DNA from: an uncultured Gammaproteobacteria bacterium
GTDB taxonomy: Bacteria; Pseudomonadota; Gammaproteobacteria; UBA9214
Reading direction: 5' to 3'
Assembly: GCA_963827755.1 (NCBI GenBank)
Contig: CAWHCQ010000010.1
Location: forward strand, 9,101-73,100
DNA: 64,000 nt
Shown: positions 45,579 through 57,654 of the stretch, one piece after another
Numbering within the stretch: position 1 is the stretch's first letter
How the letters are laid out: each line of letters starts with the position of its first letter
Position numbers and translations under genes: made by a program
The notes under the pieces: generated by a model
The model's database searches: none
Told to the model about the DNA's origin: nothing
The model's input: only the letters and a program-made list of their open reading frames with translations

Positions 45579-47578
45579 TTACTCGATGATGACCATCGAA
45601 TCCAGGGCGTCGGACGGAAGCGTCACCGAAGTCGATGTCATATCACCCAGCGGGGGTAATACCGGGTGCTTCTCGCTCGGCAACAGGTTAATGCCGTCAT
45701 CGTCCGCCCCCTGTTGCAAGGTCCGAATGTGGTTGTATTTGGTATTCGTATAAAACCTGGACATGGTGGCATCACGCAGGATAACGGGATGTATAAATAC
45801 CATCAGGTTGGTCCGGGTGACATCGGCTGTCCTCGAGGTAAACAATTCACCAATGTACGGAACATAACCCAGCAAGGGCACCCTCTGAATATCCTCACCG
45901 ACCGTTTCTTCAATCAATCCACCGAGCACCACCATATCTGAATCATCAACCATCACGGTCGTCTTGATGGAGCGTTTGTTGGTAACGATATCGGAGGCAC
46001 CCGCCACGCTCGGGGCGATGCTGGAGACTTCCTGCTCGATCTCGAGCCGCATCGCATCGCCTTCATTGATTTGCGGCTTGATCTTCAGCGTCAGGCCAAC
46101 ATCCTGGCGCTGTATGGTCTGGAACGGGTTGGTGGCACTGTCACCTGCCCCGGTACTGGTAAACGAGCCTGTGAGAAAGGGGACATTCTCACCAATAATG
46201 ATCTCGGCCTCCTCGTTGTCCAGGGTAACCAGTGTCGGCGTAGAGAGGATATTGTTATTGGTATCCGATGCAATCGCATTGAGCACACCAATATAGTTAA
46301 AACTGTTGCTGTTGGTCCGCCCGAAGCCAAGCAGGGCATTATCGACGATTGCAGGGAAAAGCACCGCCCGTCCGCAACGCTGGCCGCACCGTTGACGATA
46401 TCCGATATCAGGCTGCCGCTGTTGGTGAAGTTGATCAACCCGACCGGGCCGCTGGAATCCTGCGCACCGTTGAATATCCACTGCACCCCCAGCTCACGCG
46501 CGGTGTCTTCGGTCACCTCCGCGATAATTGCCTCTACCAGTACCTGGGCCCGACGAATATCAAGCTGGCTTATGACGCGTCTGAGCGTGCGCATGATATC
46601 CGGTGGCGCGGTAATCACCAGTGCATTGGTGGCTTCATCGGCCTGGATATCAAAGGAGTTGCGGCTGGCGGACGCCTTGCCCTGCTGCGCCCCGCGCTCC
46701 TCGAGCTTGCCGACGCCCATCAGGGTGCCTACAAGATCTGCGGCCACGGCGTAATGAAGGTAGACGACGTCCGTGTTGCCACCACTATCCAGCGGTGTAT
46801 CCAGGTGCGAGATCAGCGCCCGCATTCTCAGCCGCGTAGCGCGGTCACCGCCCAGCAGCACGCTGTTGGTACGCTCATCTGCAACCAGCACCTGTCCACC
46901 CGCAGCGGCACCGGGTGACTTGGCCTTTACCCCCGCAACACGATTAAGACTGGTCAGCACGCGGACAACTTCAGTGGCCGATGCGTGCTGCAGCGGGATG
47001 ATCTCGATTTCACTGTCGCTGACCTGATCGATTCGACGAATAATACTGACAAGGCGCTCTACGTTCCTCGCGCGGTCGGAAATGATCAGTACGTTGGTTG
47101 CCGGGTAAGCCGCCAGGTGTCCCTGCTGTGGTATCAGTGGCCGTAATATCGGCACCAGCTGGGCCGCGGTGACATTATCAACCTGTACCACACGGGTAAC
47201 CATTTCATCACCCTGGCCCGGACTCCTGTCAGTTACCGTCGGAATACCATCCTGCTTTGCATTCACGTCCGGTACGATCTTGATGACCTCGCCACTCGGT
47301 ACGGCGGCAAATCCATGTACCTTCAGGATAGACAGAAAGACCTGGTAGACCTCTTCACTGTTCATTGGCCGCGACGAGATCACCGTCACCTTGCCCTTGA
47401 CCCGCGGATCAACGATAAAATTCCTGTCCGTCACCGCCGAGACCGTACTGATAAGCGCACCGATATCGGCATCATTCAGATTCAGGGTGACAGTCTCTGC
47501 ATGCAGTGGCAGCGACAAAACCAGCCAGGCCAACAGCAGCCATATATTTTTTAACTGTAACTTCATTACGTGTCCCAC
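45579..47578 (-). CDS. gspD: Type II secretion secretin D (frameshift near 46365)
   Basis: FIVDPRVKGKV N0 domain, LDIRRAQVLVEAIIAEV, then LSTPTLVTLDNEEA and TNLMVFIHP in the next frame. Confidence 0.92.
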
Positions 47579-47663
47579 AACCGTCGTCGCGCTCCGTTTT
47601 ACATCCCTATCAGTCTTTATATCGTTAGCTTGAAGGTACTGCTTGAGTAAATCAAATATATCA

Positions 47664-48563
47664 CTACTCGGGCATCCTGAAGCTCATCACCTGTTCCTGC
47701 CCGTTCCGCAATATGGTCATACTGGCGGTGTCGCCACTCTGGATGCTCTTCAGGGCCTGCAAGCCACTCTCGGTGCTATCGAGCCTGACGTCATTGATCT
47801 GTACGGCCACGTCACCTGCCTGCAGGCCCAGCCCCTTGAACAATTCCGGCTCCCGACCGGGCCGCAATGTATACCCGATCAGCACGTTTCCATCAGCCCT
47901 GTATGGCATGGGCCGTACGACCTCGAGCAGGGTCCTCGGGTTCTTTCTTATATTCTGGCGAATTTCCCTGATCCGCTGTTCATGCCTTGCTGCAAGTTTT
48001 TTTCCGGGTGCCCTTGTTACCGCTGCACGTTTTGACGGGTCGTCCAGCACCAGCCGCAGGGTCTCGAAGCGACCATTACGCTTGAGGATTACCCTGTCCG
48101 GGTAAACCTCGCTTAACTCGGCATTACCGGGCAGCATATCGCCAACCGCATACTGCTCTTCCTTGCCCCGCGGGTCGGCAATAATCGCCCGCGCCTTGCC
48201 GGATTTTTCAGAGGCAAAAACGCCGTGCAAGACCAGCTTGAGTCGTGTATCCGGCGCATCGATCGGCGTATCGACAACCACGGGAGCCTGTTTCTGCGCC
48301 ACCACCCCCATCAAGTGCCAGCCCGGCAGCTGGCGTATCAGCTGCGCATTCGGATCAACGGCAACCGGCAAGAGACTGACCTCGATATTTTCGGCCTCAC
48401 CGCCGGCTGGCGGGCCTGCCAGGTTCCAGGTCAACGCGGCCAGCAAGCTTGCAATCCACACCACCAGCAACAGGTTGATTACCAGGATCAACCATCTTGT
48501 ATTCCTGCCCTGGAGCAGGCGGAAGACATCTGCCTGTTGTAATGAAAGTACGCTCATCGGCAC
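47664..48563 (-). CDS. gspC: Type II secretion protein C
   Basis: TM, APDTRLKLVLHGV HR domain, DRVIL..NGRFETL, C-terminal PDZ. Confidence 0.9.
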   Translation of the reverse strand: MPMSVLSLQQADVFRLLQGRNTRWLILVINLLLVVWIASLLAALTWNLAGPPAGGEAENIEVSLLPVAVDPNAQLIRQLPGWHLMGVVAQKQAPVVVDTPIDAPDTRLKLVLHGVFASEKSGKARAIIADPRGKEEQYAVGDMLPGNAELSEVYPDRVILKRNGRFETLRLVLDDPSKRAAVTRAPGKKLAARHEQRIREIRQNIRKNPRTLLEVVRPMPYRADGNVLIGYTLRPGREPELFKGLGLQAGDVAVQINDVRLDSTESGLQALKSIQSGDTASMTILRNGQEQVMSFRMPE

Positions 48564-48590
48564 CCTTTATACATAAATCAACTGCGTCCG

Positions 48591-49880
48591 TTATCGCTGG
48601 TTTGCCCTGCGCCGGTTGCCACTGCTTCTGTTCGCCGGACGTTTCCCGGACTTGCCCGGACCACCTCCGGGGCGTGGCTTGCGCACGATCCTGACCGGGG
48701 GTTTAAGCTTCGCAAGACGATCTTCCCGCACGATTTCAACGGGAATCTTGTGGCCGATAAAGGCCTCGATTTCAGGCAGCGAATAGACAAAACCCTCACA
48801 GGCAAAACTTACGGCATCACCATCCTTGCCGACACGTGCCGTACGACCGATTCGGTGCACGTAATCCTCGGCATCCTGCGGCAAATCATAATTGAACACA
48901 TGACTGACGTCGGGAATATGCAGGCCGCGTGCCGCAACGTCTGTTGCAATCAGTACAGGCAATTTGCCATCCTGGAATTCTTTCAACAAACGCTGGCGTT
49001 TTGTCTGCGGGACGTCACCTGAAAGCACGGCACACTTGAAGCCGTTGCCTTCCAGATAGGACCATACCCTTTCCGCATTACGCTTGGTGTTTACGAAAAC
49101 AATGCTGCGCAGGGGGTCCATGTGTTGCAGCAAACCGACAAGCAGCGGGATCTTTTCTTCATTGGCAGTGTGATAGACCACCTGCCTTACCAGGTCTGCA
49201 GTGACCTTTTCGGGTTCCACATCGATGTGCACCGGGTTATTCATGTGTTCGTAGGCCAGCTCCTGCACTCGATGCGAGAGGGTCGCGGAGAACAGCAGAC
49301 CAAGACGTTTTTCAGGGGGTGGGCAACGCCGTATCAGATAACGAATGTCATTGATAAAGCCCAGGTCAAACATCCGGTCGGCCTCGTCCAGCACAATGGC
49401 CTGCGCCATTTTCAGGTCATATACGTGCTGTTTGAAATAATCGATCAACCGGCCCGGCGTGCCGATCAGGATATCGACACCGGCCGAGATCGTGTCACGC
49501 TGTTGTTCGTAGCCGGTACCGCCATAGGCAAGGCCAAGCCGCAAACCGGTGTGCCGGCCAATGAGCGTGGCATCGGTATGAATCTGGATGGCCAGTTCAC
49601 GCGTCGGCGCCAGCATCAGCGCCCGGGGCTGGCTCTTGCTGCGCCGACTATCTGCCGGATGGGTCATCAAATGGTTATAGACGGCCAGCAGGAATGCCAC
49701 CGTCTTGCCGGTGCCGGTCTGCGCCTGGCCGGCGACATCACGCCCGCTGAGCGCCACCGGCAGCGTCTGTGCCTGAATCGGGGTACACATTGAAAATCCT
49801 GCATCTTCAATGCCTTGCATCAGTTTTTCAGGTAAGGAAAAGCTCGAAAAGGGGGTATCGCTTAAATGTGCATCAGACAT
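48591..49880 (-). CDS. rhlB: ATP-dependent RNA helicase RhlB
   Basis: [27 protein letters not shown]; divergent from trxA. Confidence 0.95.
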   Translation of the reverse strand: MSDAHLSDTPFSSFSLPEKLMQGIEDAGFSMCTPIQAQTLPVALSGRDVAGQAQTGTGKTVAFLLAVYNHLMTHPADSRRSKSQPRALMLAPTRELAIQIHTDATLIGRHTGLRLGLAYGGTGYEQQRDTISAGVDILIGTPGRLIDYFKQHVYDLKMAQAIVLDEADRMFDLGFINDIRYLIRRCPPPEKRLGLLFSATLSHRVQELAYEHMNNPVHIDVEPEKVTADLVRQVVYHTANEEKIPLLVGLLQHMDPLRSIVFVNTKRNAERVWSYLEGNGFKCAVLSGDVPQTKRQRLLKEFQDGKLPVLIATDVAARGLHIPDVSHVFNYDLPQDAEDYVHRIGRTARVGKDGDAVSFACEGFVYSLPEIEAFIGHKIPVEIVREDRLAKLKPPVRIVRKPRPGGGPGKSGKRPANRSSGNRRRANQR

Positions 49881-50359
49881 AATTTATTTACACCGGGCCC
49901 GTTAGCGGGGTCATTTTTGGCAGGATTTCATATTATATTTCAAACGCTTGCTAATATGCCACGTTTGTTTTCAGGATGGCCCGCCTGCCCCGGCTATAGA
50001 CGCCTGCAAACAGACGGCGGTGAGTGCAAAAAATTGCGGCCTGCATACCTGGAAACACCAGCCCGGGTTATGGACCCTGCAGGCGTGCATGCTGTTGGCA
50101 AAGGATACAGAAAATATTCACGACAGGCTTGTAATATGAACAGATTTAGGCTGAAATACACACATAGAGAAAACGCGTGCAATTGACAGCGTGCACCGAG
50201 ATATCAATCAGCCCGTCATGGCTGGACGTTTCCGTTTACAAGAATCACAACACGCCGCATAGCGGTATCCCATTCTGTACGAACATCGTGAACATGGCAT
50301 GTTCCGGCTTCCACCGAATGTATGCAGCGTAACCATTTCAACACAGGAGAATACCTACA

Positions 50360-50686
50360 GTGAGTGAACACATTATCTATGTGACTGATGATACATTTGA
50401 AGCAGAAGTCATAAACTCCCCCGACCCTGTACTGGTCGATTACTGGGCTGAATGGTGTGGACCCTGCAAGATGATCGCTCCAATCCTGGATGAAATCGCA
50501 AGTGAATATAACGGCAAGGTGCGCATCGCCAAGCTGAATATCGACGACAACCCGCAAACACCGCCCAAGTACGGAATCCGTGGAATCCCGACGCTGATGC
50601 TGTTCAAAGGCGGCAATGTCGAGGCCACCAAGGTAGGCGCACTTTCCAAGTCACAGCTCACCGCATTCATCGACAGCAACATCTGA
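50360..50686 (+). CDS. trxA: Thioredoxin 1
   Basis: [21 protein letters not shown]. Confidence 0.97.
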   Translation: MSEHIIYVTDDTFEAEVINSPDPVLVDYWAEWCGPCKMIAPILDEIASEYNGKVRIAKLNIDDNPQTPPKYGIRGIPTLMLFKGGNVEATKVGALSKSQLTAFIDSNI

Positions 50687-50844
50687 CTGAAATGATTGCT
50701 ACGAAATCCAACTGCAAGAAAACTACATGACAAACAGAATATACCGGGACAGCTGCACAGCCAGCTAACCCGGCGTTAGCACACATCCCACCGGCCTGAC
50801 AGGCCACTTCAACTATTCACAATGACACATATCAAAGGCTACTT

Positions 50845-52102
50845 ATGAACCTGTCCGAACTTAAACTGAAACCGGCTGCCGAGCTGGTTGAAATAGCACA
50901 ACAAATGGGCGCAGAGGGTACCGCGCGCTCCAGAAAACAGGACATCATCTTTTCCATCCTCAAATCGCATGCAAAAAAAGGCGAGGATATTTTCGGCAGC
51001 GGTGTTCTGGAAATACTGCAGGACGGGTTCGGTTTCCTGCGTTCTGCAGACAGCTCCTACCTCGCGGGCCCGGATGATATTTACGTATCTCCAAGCCAGA
51101 TCAGGCGTTTCAGCCTGCGTACCGGCGATACCGTGGATGGAAAGATACGGCCGCCGAAGGACAGTGAACGTTACTTTGCATTGCTCAAGGTCGATGCAAT
51201 CAACTACGAGAAACCTGAAAACGCCAAGAACAAGGTTGCCTTTGAAAACCTGACGCCGCTCCACCCCAATAAAAGACTGGTACTGGAACGCGGCAACGGC
51301 AGCACCGAAGACATTACCGCTCGCATCATTGACCTGGTCGCACCCGTGGGCACTGGGGCAACGCGGCCTGATCGTGTCGCCGCCCAAGGCCGGTAAAACC
51401 ATGCTGCTGCAGAATATCGCACAATCAATCGCATCGAATTACCCGGACGTGTACCTGATTGTGCTGCTGATCGACGAGCGTCCCGAGGAAGTCACCGAGA
51501 TGTCGCGCTCGGTAAAGGGCGAAGTGGTGTCCAGCACCTTTGACGAACCGGCAAGCCGGCATGTACAGGTCGCCGAAATGGTCATCGAGAAGGCGCGCCG
51601 CCTGGTAGAACACAAGCACGACGTCGTCATCCTGCTCGACTCCATCACCCGTCTCGGCCGCGCCTACAATACCGTCGTACCTTCATCCGGCAAGGTACTG
51701 ACCGGCGGTGTCGACGCCAATGCGCTGCAACGCCCGAAACGCTTCTTCGGCGCCGCACGCAACGTCGAGGAAGGCGGCAGCCTGACCATCCTGGCAACCG
51801 CGCTGGTCGACACCGGTTCGCGCATGGATGACGTCATCTACGAGGAGTTCAAGGGTACCGGCAACCACGAGATCCACCTGGAGCGCAGGATCGCCGAAAA
51901 ACGCGTCTATCCCGCGATCAACCTCAACCGCTCCGGCACCCGCCGCGAAGAGCTGCTGACCGACCCGAAAGAGCTGCAGAAGATGTGGATACTGCGCAAG
52001 CTGCTGCACCCGATGGACGAGCTGGCCGCCATGGAATTCCTGCTCGACAAGCTGAAATCAACCAAGAGCAATGCACAGTTCTTTGAATCGATGAAGCGGT
52101 GA
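50845..52102 (+). CDS. rho: Transcription termination factor Rho (frameshift near 51355)
   Basis: GFGFLRS...[19 protein letters not shown]; [25 protein letters not shown] in the next frame. Confidence 0.96.
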
Positions 52103-52360
52103 GAGCGGTGAAGTAGCGTGAGAGTGAAGTGAGAAGTGAGAAGTGAAAAGTGAAGAGTGAAGAGTGAGAAGTTAAGAGTAATGAGCGACGGTCCAGTAAT
52201 AATCAGGCTCCCTAATGCCCGGTTTAATTTTTCGTGTTCTTCCGTGGATTCCGTGGCCATTAAGGTTTTATCTCTCCCTACTCGTACTTCTCAGCTTATT
52301 CACTCTTCACCCTTATCACTTCACCTTTCACTCTCACTCCTACTTCTCACTTCTCACTTC
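52099..52360. repeat. Inverted heptamer element H6 with nested CACG-triplet repeat (52228-52261)
   Basis: Purine arm starts at the rho stop; central TTTTTCGTGTTCTTCCGTGGATTCCGTGGCCATT; pyrimidine arm contains the htpX stop. Confidence 0.9.
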
Positions 52361-53453
52361 CAAGATTCCGCAACCGGTTCATCCGCAACTCCAGCGGCGG
52401 GTGCGTCGCCATCAGGCTGCTGGACTTCTCCCTGAAGTTCCTGAACGGGTTGACAATGAACATGTGCTGCGTCGCCCGGTTGGCCCCGGCAAACGGGCGC
52501 GCCTGGGTCGCCAGCTTTTCCAGTGCGGATATCAGGCCTTGCGGGTGTCGCGTCAGGCGCACGCTGGTGGCGTCTGCAAGAAATTCCCGCTGCCGGGATA
52601 CCGCCATTTGCACCAGCAGGGCAAAGATCGGCGCCAGTGCGGCAAACGCCATCAGGGCAATCACCAGGAATGCCGCCCCCCCGCCCGCACGCCCGGAGCG
52701 GCGTGAGCGCCCGGAAAAATACAGCGAACGCAACGCGCCGTCGCTCACCAGCGCAATCAGGCCGACGATGACGCCCACCGCCGTCGCATAGCGGATATCC
52801 CAGTTGACGATATGCCCCATCTCGTGGCCGATCACCCCCTGCAGCTCTTCGCGGTTGAGGGTATCCAGCAGGCCCCGGGTAACCCCGATGGCCGAGCGTG
52901 CCGGGCTCATTCCGGTGGCAAAGGCATTCAGCGCATCGGTCTCGATCACGTAGACACGCGGCTTGCGGATGCCCGCGGCAATCGCCATTTCCTCCACCAC
53001 GTTGTGCAACTGCGGCGCCTCGGCCGCGGACACTTCCGCGGCACCGGTCAGGCGCAGCACAATCCGGTCACCGACACGAAAGGTTATCCACGACCAGAGG
53101 GCGCCGATGACGAGCAACACCAGCGCGCACCAGATTCCCCAGCGGCTGGCGAACCAGATGTCCTCGACACCGGCAGGGACGACACCCAGCACCAGCTGCA
53201 GGGTCCAGCCCAGCAGGTATCCGAGGACCACGAGAATGAAAAGCAGGAACAGCACCAGCCGGCGAGTGGCCTTTTGATTGGCGCGCGCCGCGGCCAGGAA
53301 ATCCGTGCGCCGCAACACCTTGTTGACCATGCGCGGACTTTCCTGCCAGTTGCTTTGCAGCGGGGCGCCGCACTGGCGGCAGGTGCTGGCGTGCGCGCGA
53401 TTTGCCGCGGCACATTCAGGACACGGCTTGTTGTGTGAGGATGTCATCCGCAA
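52347..53453 (-). CDS. htpX: M48 zinc metalloprotease HtpX-like with N-terminal zinc ribbon
   Basis: NAFATG, HEMGH, SRQREFLADA, THPP; N-terminal CPEC-x10-CRQC. Confidence 0.88.
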   Translation of the reverse strand: MRMTSSHNKPCPECAAANRAHASTCRQCGAPLQSNWQESPRMVNKVLRRTDFLAAARANQKATRRLVLFLLFILVVLGYLLGWTLQLVLGVVPAGVEDIWFASRWGIWCALVLLVIGALWSWITFRVGDRIVLRLTGAAEVSAAEAPQLHNVVEEMAIAAGIRKPRVYVIETDALNAFATGMSPARSAIGVTRGLLDTLNREELQGVIGHEMGHIVNWDIRYATAVGVIVGLIALVSDGALRSLYFSGRSRRSGRAGGGAAFLVIALMAFAALAPIFALLVQMAVSRQREFLADATSVRLTRHPQGLISALEKLATQARPFAGANRATQHMFIVNPFRNFREKSSSLMATHPPLELRMNRLRNLGSEK

Positions 53454-53500
53454 CCTTTATTTAAAGGCTCTTCCCAAAATCAAGAGGGTAGATAACCGTT

Positions 53501-53522
53501 GTAGGGCCGAATTCATTCGGCC
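53501..53522 (+). repeat. Single REP, GTAG family 5
   Basis: GTAG-GGCCGAAT-TC-ATTCGGCC, perfect 8-bp stem. Confidence 0.6.
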
Positions 53523-53537
53523 AACAACCTTGTCAAA

Positions 53538-54095
53538 TTAACGCAGATCAACCCCGGGTATCGCCGCCTCGGCTTCCGGCACTTCGAAGTACGTCGCCTC
53601 CCTGAACCCGAACATGCCGGCAATGATATTGGAGGGGAATTCCTGCACGCCGTTATTGAGCGCCATCACGCTGTCATTGTAAAACTGCCGGGAAAAGGAA
53701 ATCTTGTTTTCTGTCGCACTCAATTCTTCCATGAGGCGGGCAACGCTCTCGTTGGCCTTCAGGTCAGGGTAGTTTTCCATCAGGGCAAACAGCTTGCCCA
53801 TGGCGCCCCCGAGCAGGGTCTCCGCCGCAATCGCCTCTTCCGTACTGCCGGCAGCGACCGCCTGGTTACGCGCCTGGATGACCTTTTCCAGGGTCTCCTG
53901 CTCGTAGGACATGTAGTCCTTCACCACTTCCACCAGGTTGGGAATGAGGTCATGCCGCCGTTTCAGCTGCACATCGATCTGCCGCCAGGCATTCTTCACC
54001 TGGTTGCGCAAGTTCACCAGGCGGTTGTAAAGCAGCATGCCCGCCAGGGGGATGCCGATGATGATTGCTACGATGATCCAGCCGAATATTTCCAT
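53538..54095 (-). CDS. lemA: LemA family protein
   Basis: YNRLV..RN....AW.QIDVQLKRRHDLIPNLV, ENYPDLKAN, FPSN. Confidence 0.95.
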   Translation of the reverse strand: MEIFGWIIVAIIIGIPLAGMLLYNRLVNLRNQVKNAWRQIDVQLKRRHDLIPNLVEVVKDYMSYEQETLEKVIQARNQAVAAGSTEEAIAAETLLGGAMGKLFALMENYPDLKANESVARLMEELSATENKISFSRQFYNDSVMALNNGVQEFPSNIIAGMFGFREATYFEVPEAEAAIPGVDLR

Positions 54096-54116
54096 TTTAA
54101 ACACCTCTGGTAAACA

Positions 54117-54328
54117 GGTGAAAAGTTAGAAGTGAAGAGTGAAAGTGCAAGACCATGATAGCCACGGAATCCACGAAAGAACACGGAAAAACTATTCTTA
54201 AGGTATTTATCTTTTCGTGTTCTTTCGTGGATTCCGTGGCCATTACACTTCACTTCTCACTTCTCACCTCTCACTTCTCACTTCTCACTTCTCACTTCTC
54301 ACTTCTCACTTCTCACTTTTCACTTCTC
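54117..54328. repeat. Inverted heptamer element H7 with a complete nested CACG-triplet inverted pair
   Basis: GCCACGGAATCCACGAAAGAACACGGAAAA (54161-54190) / TTTTCGTGTTCTTTCGTGGATTCCGTGGC (54212-54240), then TCACTTC array to the purD stop. Confidence 0.93.
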
Positions 54329-55603
54329 CCGGTCCAGGGCACGATAGCCGATATCCGTCCGATAAAAGGCATCAGGCCAGTGAATCCGCTCGACACAGGC
54401 ATAGGCCCTGTCCCTTGCCTCGCGAATAGTAGCACCCAGGGCACAGACACACAGCACACGCCCGCCGCTGGTCACGATGGCGCCGTTTTGCTCCTGCGTA
54501 CCGGCATGGAATACCTTGCAGTCGTCATCATCGACTGGCGGCAAACCCTCGATGACATCGCCCTTGCGGTACTGTTCCGGATAGCCGCCGGCGGCCATGA
54601 CCACGCCCAGCGCGGTACGCTCATCCCATTGCACATCGACATCGTCGAGCTCGCCGTCAACCGTGGCCAGGCAGAGTTCGACCAGGTCGGACTGCAGGCG
54701 CAGCATCACCGGCTGGGTTTCCGGGTCGCCGAAGCGGACGTTGAACTCGAGCACCTTCGGCGTGCCATCGGCCGCAATCATCAGGCCGGCATAGAGAAAA
54801 CCGGTAAACTCATTGCCCTCTTCCGCCATTCCGCGGATCGTCGGCCGCATGACCTCCCGCATGACCCGGCGATGAATGTCCGCTGTTATGACCGGGGCCG
54901 GTGAGTAGGCGCCCATACCCCCGGTATTCGGACCTGCATCACCGTCATCACGCGCCTTGTGGTCCTGCGAGGTCGCCAGGGGCAGGCAGTGGGTGCCATC
55001 CACCATCGCGATAAAGCTGGCTTCCTCGCCTTGCAGGAATTCCTCAATCACGACGCGGTGCCCGGCCTCGCCGAACACGTTCCCGCCAAGCATGTCGCTG
55101 ACGGCCGCGATCGCTTCATCCACGGACTGCGCCAGGATAACGCCCTTGCCCGCGGCCAGCCCGTCGGCCTTCACCACGATCGGGGCGCCCTGCTCGCGGA
55201 TATAGGCAGCGGCCTTGTCGATATCGGAAAAACTGGCGTACGCGGCCGTGGGAATCCCGTGGCGGGCGAGAAAGTCCTTGCTGAAGGACTTGGAACCTTC
55301 CAGCTGCGCGGCCGCGCGGGTGGGGCCGAAGCAGCGCAGGTCGGCGGCCCTGAAGCGGTCGACGATACCGGCGACCAGCGGAACCTCGGGGCCGACAATG
55401 GTCAGCCCGACTTCATTGTCCGTGGCGAAGGCAAGCAGGGCATCGATGTCGGTGGCCTCGATCGCGACGTTCTCCACGCGCGGCTCCCGTGCAGTCCCGG
55501 CGTTGCCCGGCGCCACGAACACCGTATCCGCCCGCGAGGATTGCGCCGCCTTCCATGCCAGGGCGTGTTCGCGCCCGCCACTGCCGATGATAAGAATATT
55601 CAT
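54320..55603 (-). CDS. purD: Phosphoribosylamine-glycine ligase
   Basis: GSGGREHAL, VGPE.PL, KADGLAAGKGV, QDHK, NTGGMGAY, RFGDPETQ. Confidence 0.97.
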   Translation of the reverse strand: MNILIIGSGGREHALAWKAAQSSRADTVFVAPGNAGTAREPRVENVAIEATDIDALLAFATDNEVGLTIVGPEVPLVAGIVDRFRAADLRCFGPTRAAAQLEGSKSFSKDFLARHGIPTAAYASFSDIDKAAAYIREQGAPIVVKADGLAAGKGVILAQSVDEAIAAVSDMLGGNVFGEAGHRVVIEEFLQGEEASFIAMVDGTHCLPLATSQDHKARDDGDAGPNTGGMGAYSPAPVITADIHRRVMREVMRPTIRGMAEEGNEFTGFLYAGLMIAADGTPKVLEFNVRFGDPETQPVMLRLQSDLVELCLATVDGELDDVDVQWDERTALGVVMAAGGYPEQYRKGDVIEGLPPVDDDDCKVFHAGTQEQNGAIVTSGGRVLCVCALGATIREARDRAYACVERIHWPDAFYRTDIGYRALDREK

Positions 55604-55620
55604 GGTTTTTTCCTTTGGAA

Positions 55621-55786
55621 AAAAGTGAGAAGTGAGAAGTGATAAGTGAAGGGTGATAGAGTGAAGCGGAAGAACGCAGTACAATTACCTCTTCGATTTA
55701 CCTTTTACTTCTCACTTCCGTACACTTCTCACTCTAACTTCTCACTTCTCACTTCTCACTTCTCACTTCTCACTTCTCACTTCATT
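55621..55786. repeat. Inverted heptamer element H8
   Basis: AAGTGAGAAGTGAGAAGTGA arm and TCACTTC arm between purH and purD. Confidence 0.92.
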
Positions 55787-57356
55787 TCAATGCCGAAAAT
55801 GCCGCATCCCGGTAAACACCATCGCAATATCATGTTCATCGGCCGCGGCAATCACCTCGTCATCGCGCATGGAGCCACCCGGCTCGATCACGGCGGCGAT
55901 ACCGGCCTCGGCGGCCTGGTCGATGCCGTCGCGAAAGGGAAAGAAGGCATCCGAGGCCATCACCGAGCCCTTCACCTGCAGGCCTTCATCCGCGGCCTTC
56001 ATCGCGGCCACTCGGGCGCTGTACACCCGGCTCATCTGGCCGGCGCCCACGCCGATGGTCATCTGGTCTTTACAATAGACGATGGCGTTCGACTTGACGA
56101 ACTTGGCCACCCGCCAGGCGAACAGCAGGTCCTGCATCTCCGCCGCCGTCGGGGCGCGTTGGGTGACCACCTTGAGTTCGGCTTGCGTGATCCTGCCGAG
56201 ATCACGGTCCTGCACCAGCAGACCGCCGTTGACCCGCTTGAAATCCAGGCCGGCTTCGGATTCGGCCTCCCAGCTGCCGCATTCCAGCACGCGCACGTTC
56301 TTTTTTTCGGCCAGCACCGGCAAGGCGGCCGCCTCGATGATGGGTGCAATGATCACCTCGACAAACTGGCGCTCGATAATTGCCCTGGCGGTTGCCGCAT
56401 CCAGCGGCCGGTTGAAGGCAATGATGCCGCCGAACGCCGAGGTCGGGTCCGTCTTGAAGGCGCGCTCGTAGGCCTCGAACGGGCTGCCGGCCAGGGCAAC
56501 GCCGCAGGGATTGGCATGCTTGACGATCACGCAGGCCGGCGCCTCGCCGAATGATTTCACGCACTCCAGCGCGGCATCGGTGTCGGCCACGTTGTTATAG
56601 GACAGTTCCTTGCCCTGGATCTGCCGGGCCGTGGACACCGAGACCTCGCCCTGCGCGTGTTCGACATAAAAAGCGGCACGCTGATGGGGATTCTCCCCGT
56701 AGCGCATGGTCTGCACCTGTCTGAACTGGAAATTGATGGTGCGCGGAAAGGCGCTGCGCTCGCCCGCACTGTCGATGGCCCCGAGGTAATTGGCTATCGC
56801 ACCGTCATAGCGGGCGGTGTGCTCGAATGTTTTCACGGCCAGTGAATAGCGCGTGGCATCCGTGACCGCAGCCATCGTTGTGCTGCATCTCTTCCAGCAC
56901 CCGGGCGTAGTCGGCGCTGTCGACCACCACGGTAACATCGGCATGGTTCTTGGCCGCCGCGCGCAACATCGTCGGGCCGCCGATATCGATATTCTCGATC
57001 GCCAGCGCCAGATCACAGTCTTCCCGGGCAACGGTCTGCTCAAACGGGTAGAGGTTGACCACGACCAGGTCAATCGCGGCGATGCCGTTTTCGGACATGA
57101 CCGCCTCGTCGGTGCCGCGCCGCCCGAGAATGCCGCCGTGGATCTTCGGATGCAGCGTCTTCACGCGCCCGTCCATCATCTCGGGAAAACCGGTGTAATC
57201 CGACACCTCCGTCACCGGCACCTTTGCATCCGCCAGCAGGCGGGCCGTCCCGCCGGTAGAAAGGATTTCAACCCCCATACCCTGCAGGGCACGGGCGAAT
57301 TCCTCGATCCCGGTCTTGTCGGAGACGCTGATGAGTGCACGCTTTATTTTGTTCAT
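55787..57356 (-). CDS. purH: Bifunctional AICAR transformylase/IMP cyclohydrolase (frameshift near 56868)
   Basis: [24 protein letters not shown]; [32 protein letters not shown]. Confidence 0.96.
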
Positions 57357-57392
57357 GGTTTAAATTGGATTGGCCGCAGGTTGTTAGGTTAA

Positions 57393-57650
57393 AGGTTAGA
57401 AGTGAAGAGTGAAGAGTGAGAAGTGAAAAGTGAAGAGTGAAGAGTGAAGAGTGAAATGGTGCGCTAAAATTAATCGCACATCACTTCTCACTTACTCTCA
57501 CTTCTCCATCTATCTCACTTACTCACTTCTCACTTCTCACTTCTCACTTCTCACTTCTCACTTCTCACTTCTCACTTCTACACTACTTCTCACTTCTCAC
57601 TATCTCACTTCTCACTTCTCACTTCTCACTTCTAACTTCTCACTTCTCAC
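57393..57650. repeat. Inverted heptamer element H9
   Basis: (AGTGAAG/AGTGAGA)n arm to about 57455, then a long TCACTTC arm 57481-57650 between fis and purH. Confidence 0.95.
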
Positions 57651-57654
57651 CGCC

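Noticed and set aside
42760-48563. Incomplete type II secretion system (only gspCDEF)
   Set aside because: Split T2SS clusters are common, and the pseudopilin genes are probably elsewhere. Not evidence of novelty.
50845-57356. rho and purH as pseudogenes or programmed frameshifts
   Set aside because: Both are core genes with fully conserved halves and no obvious slippery-site signal. The window-wide indel rate explains the breaks.
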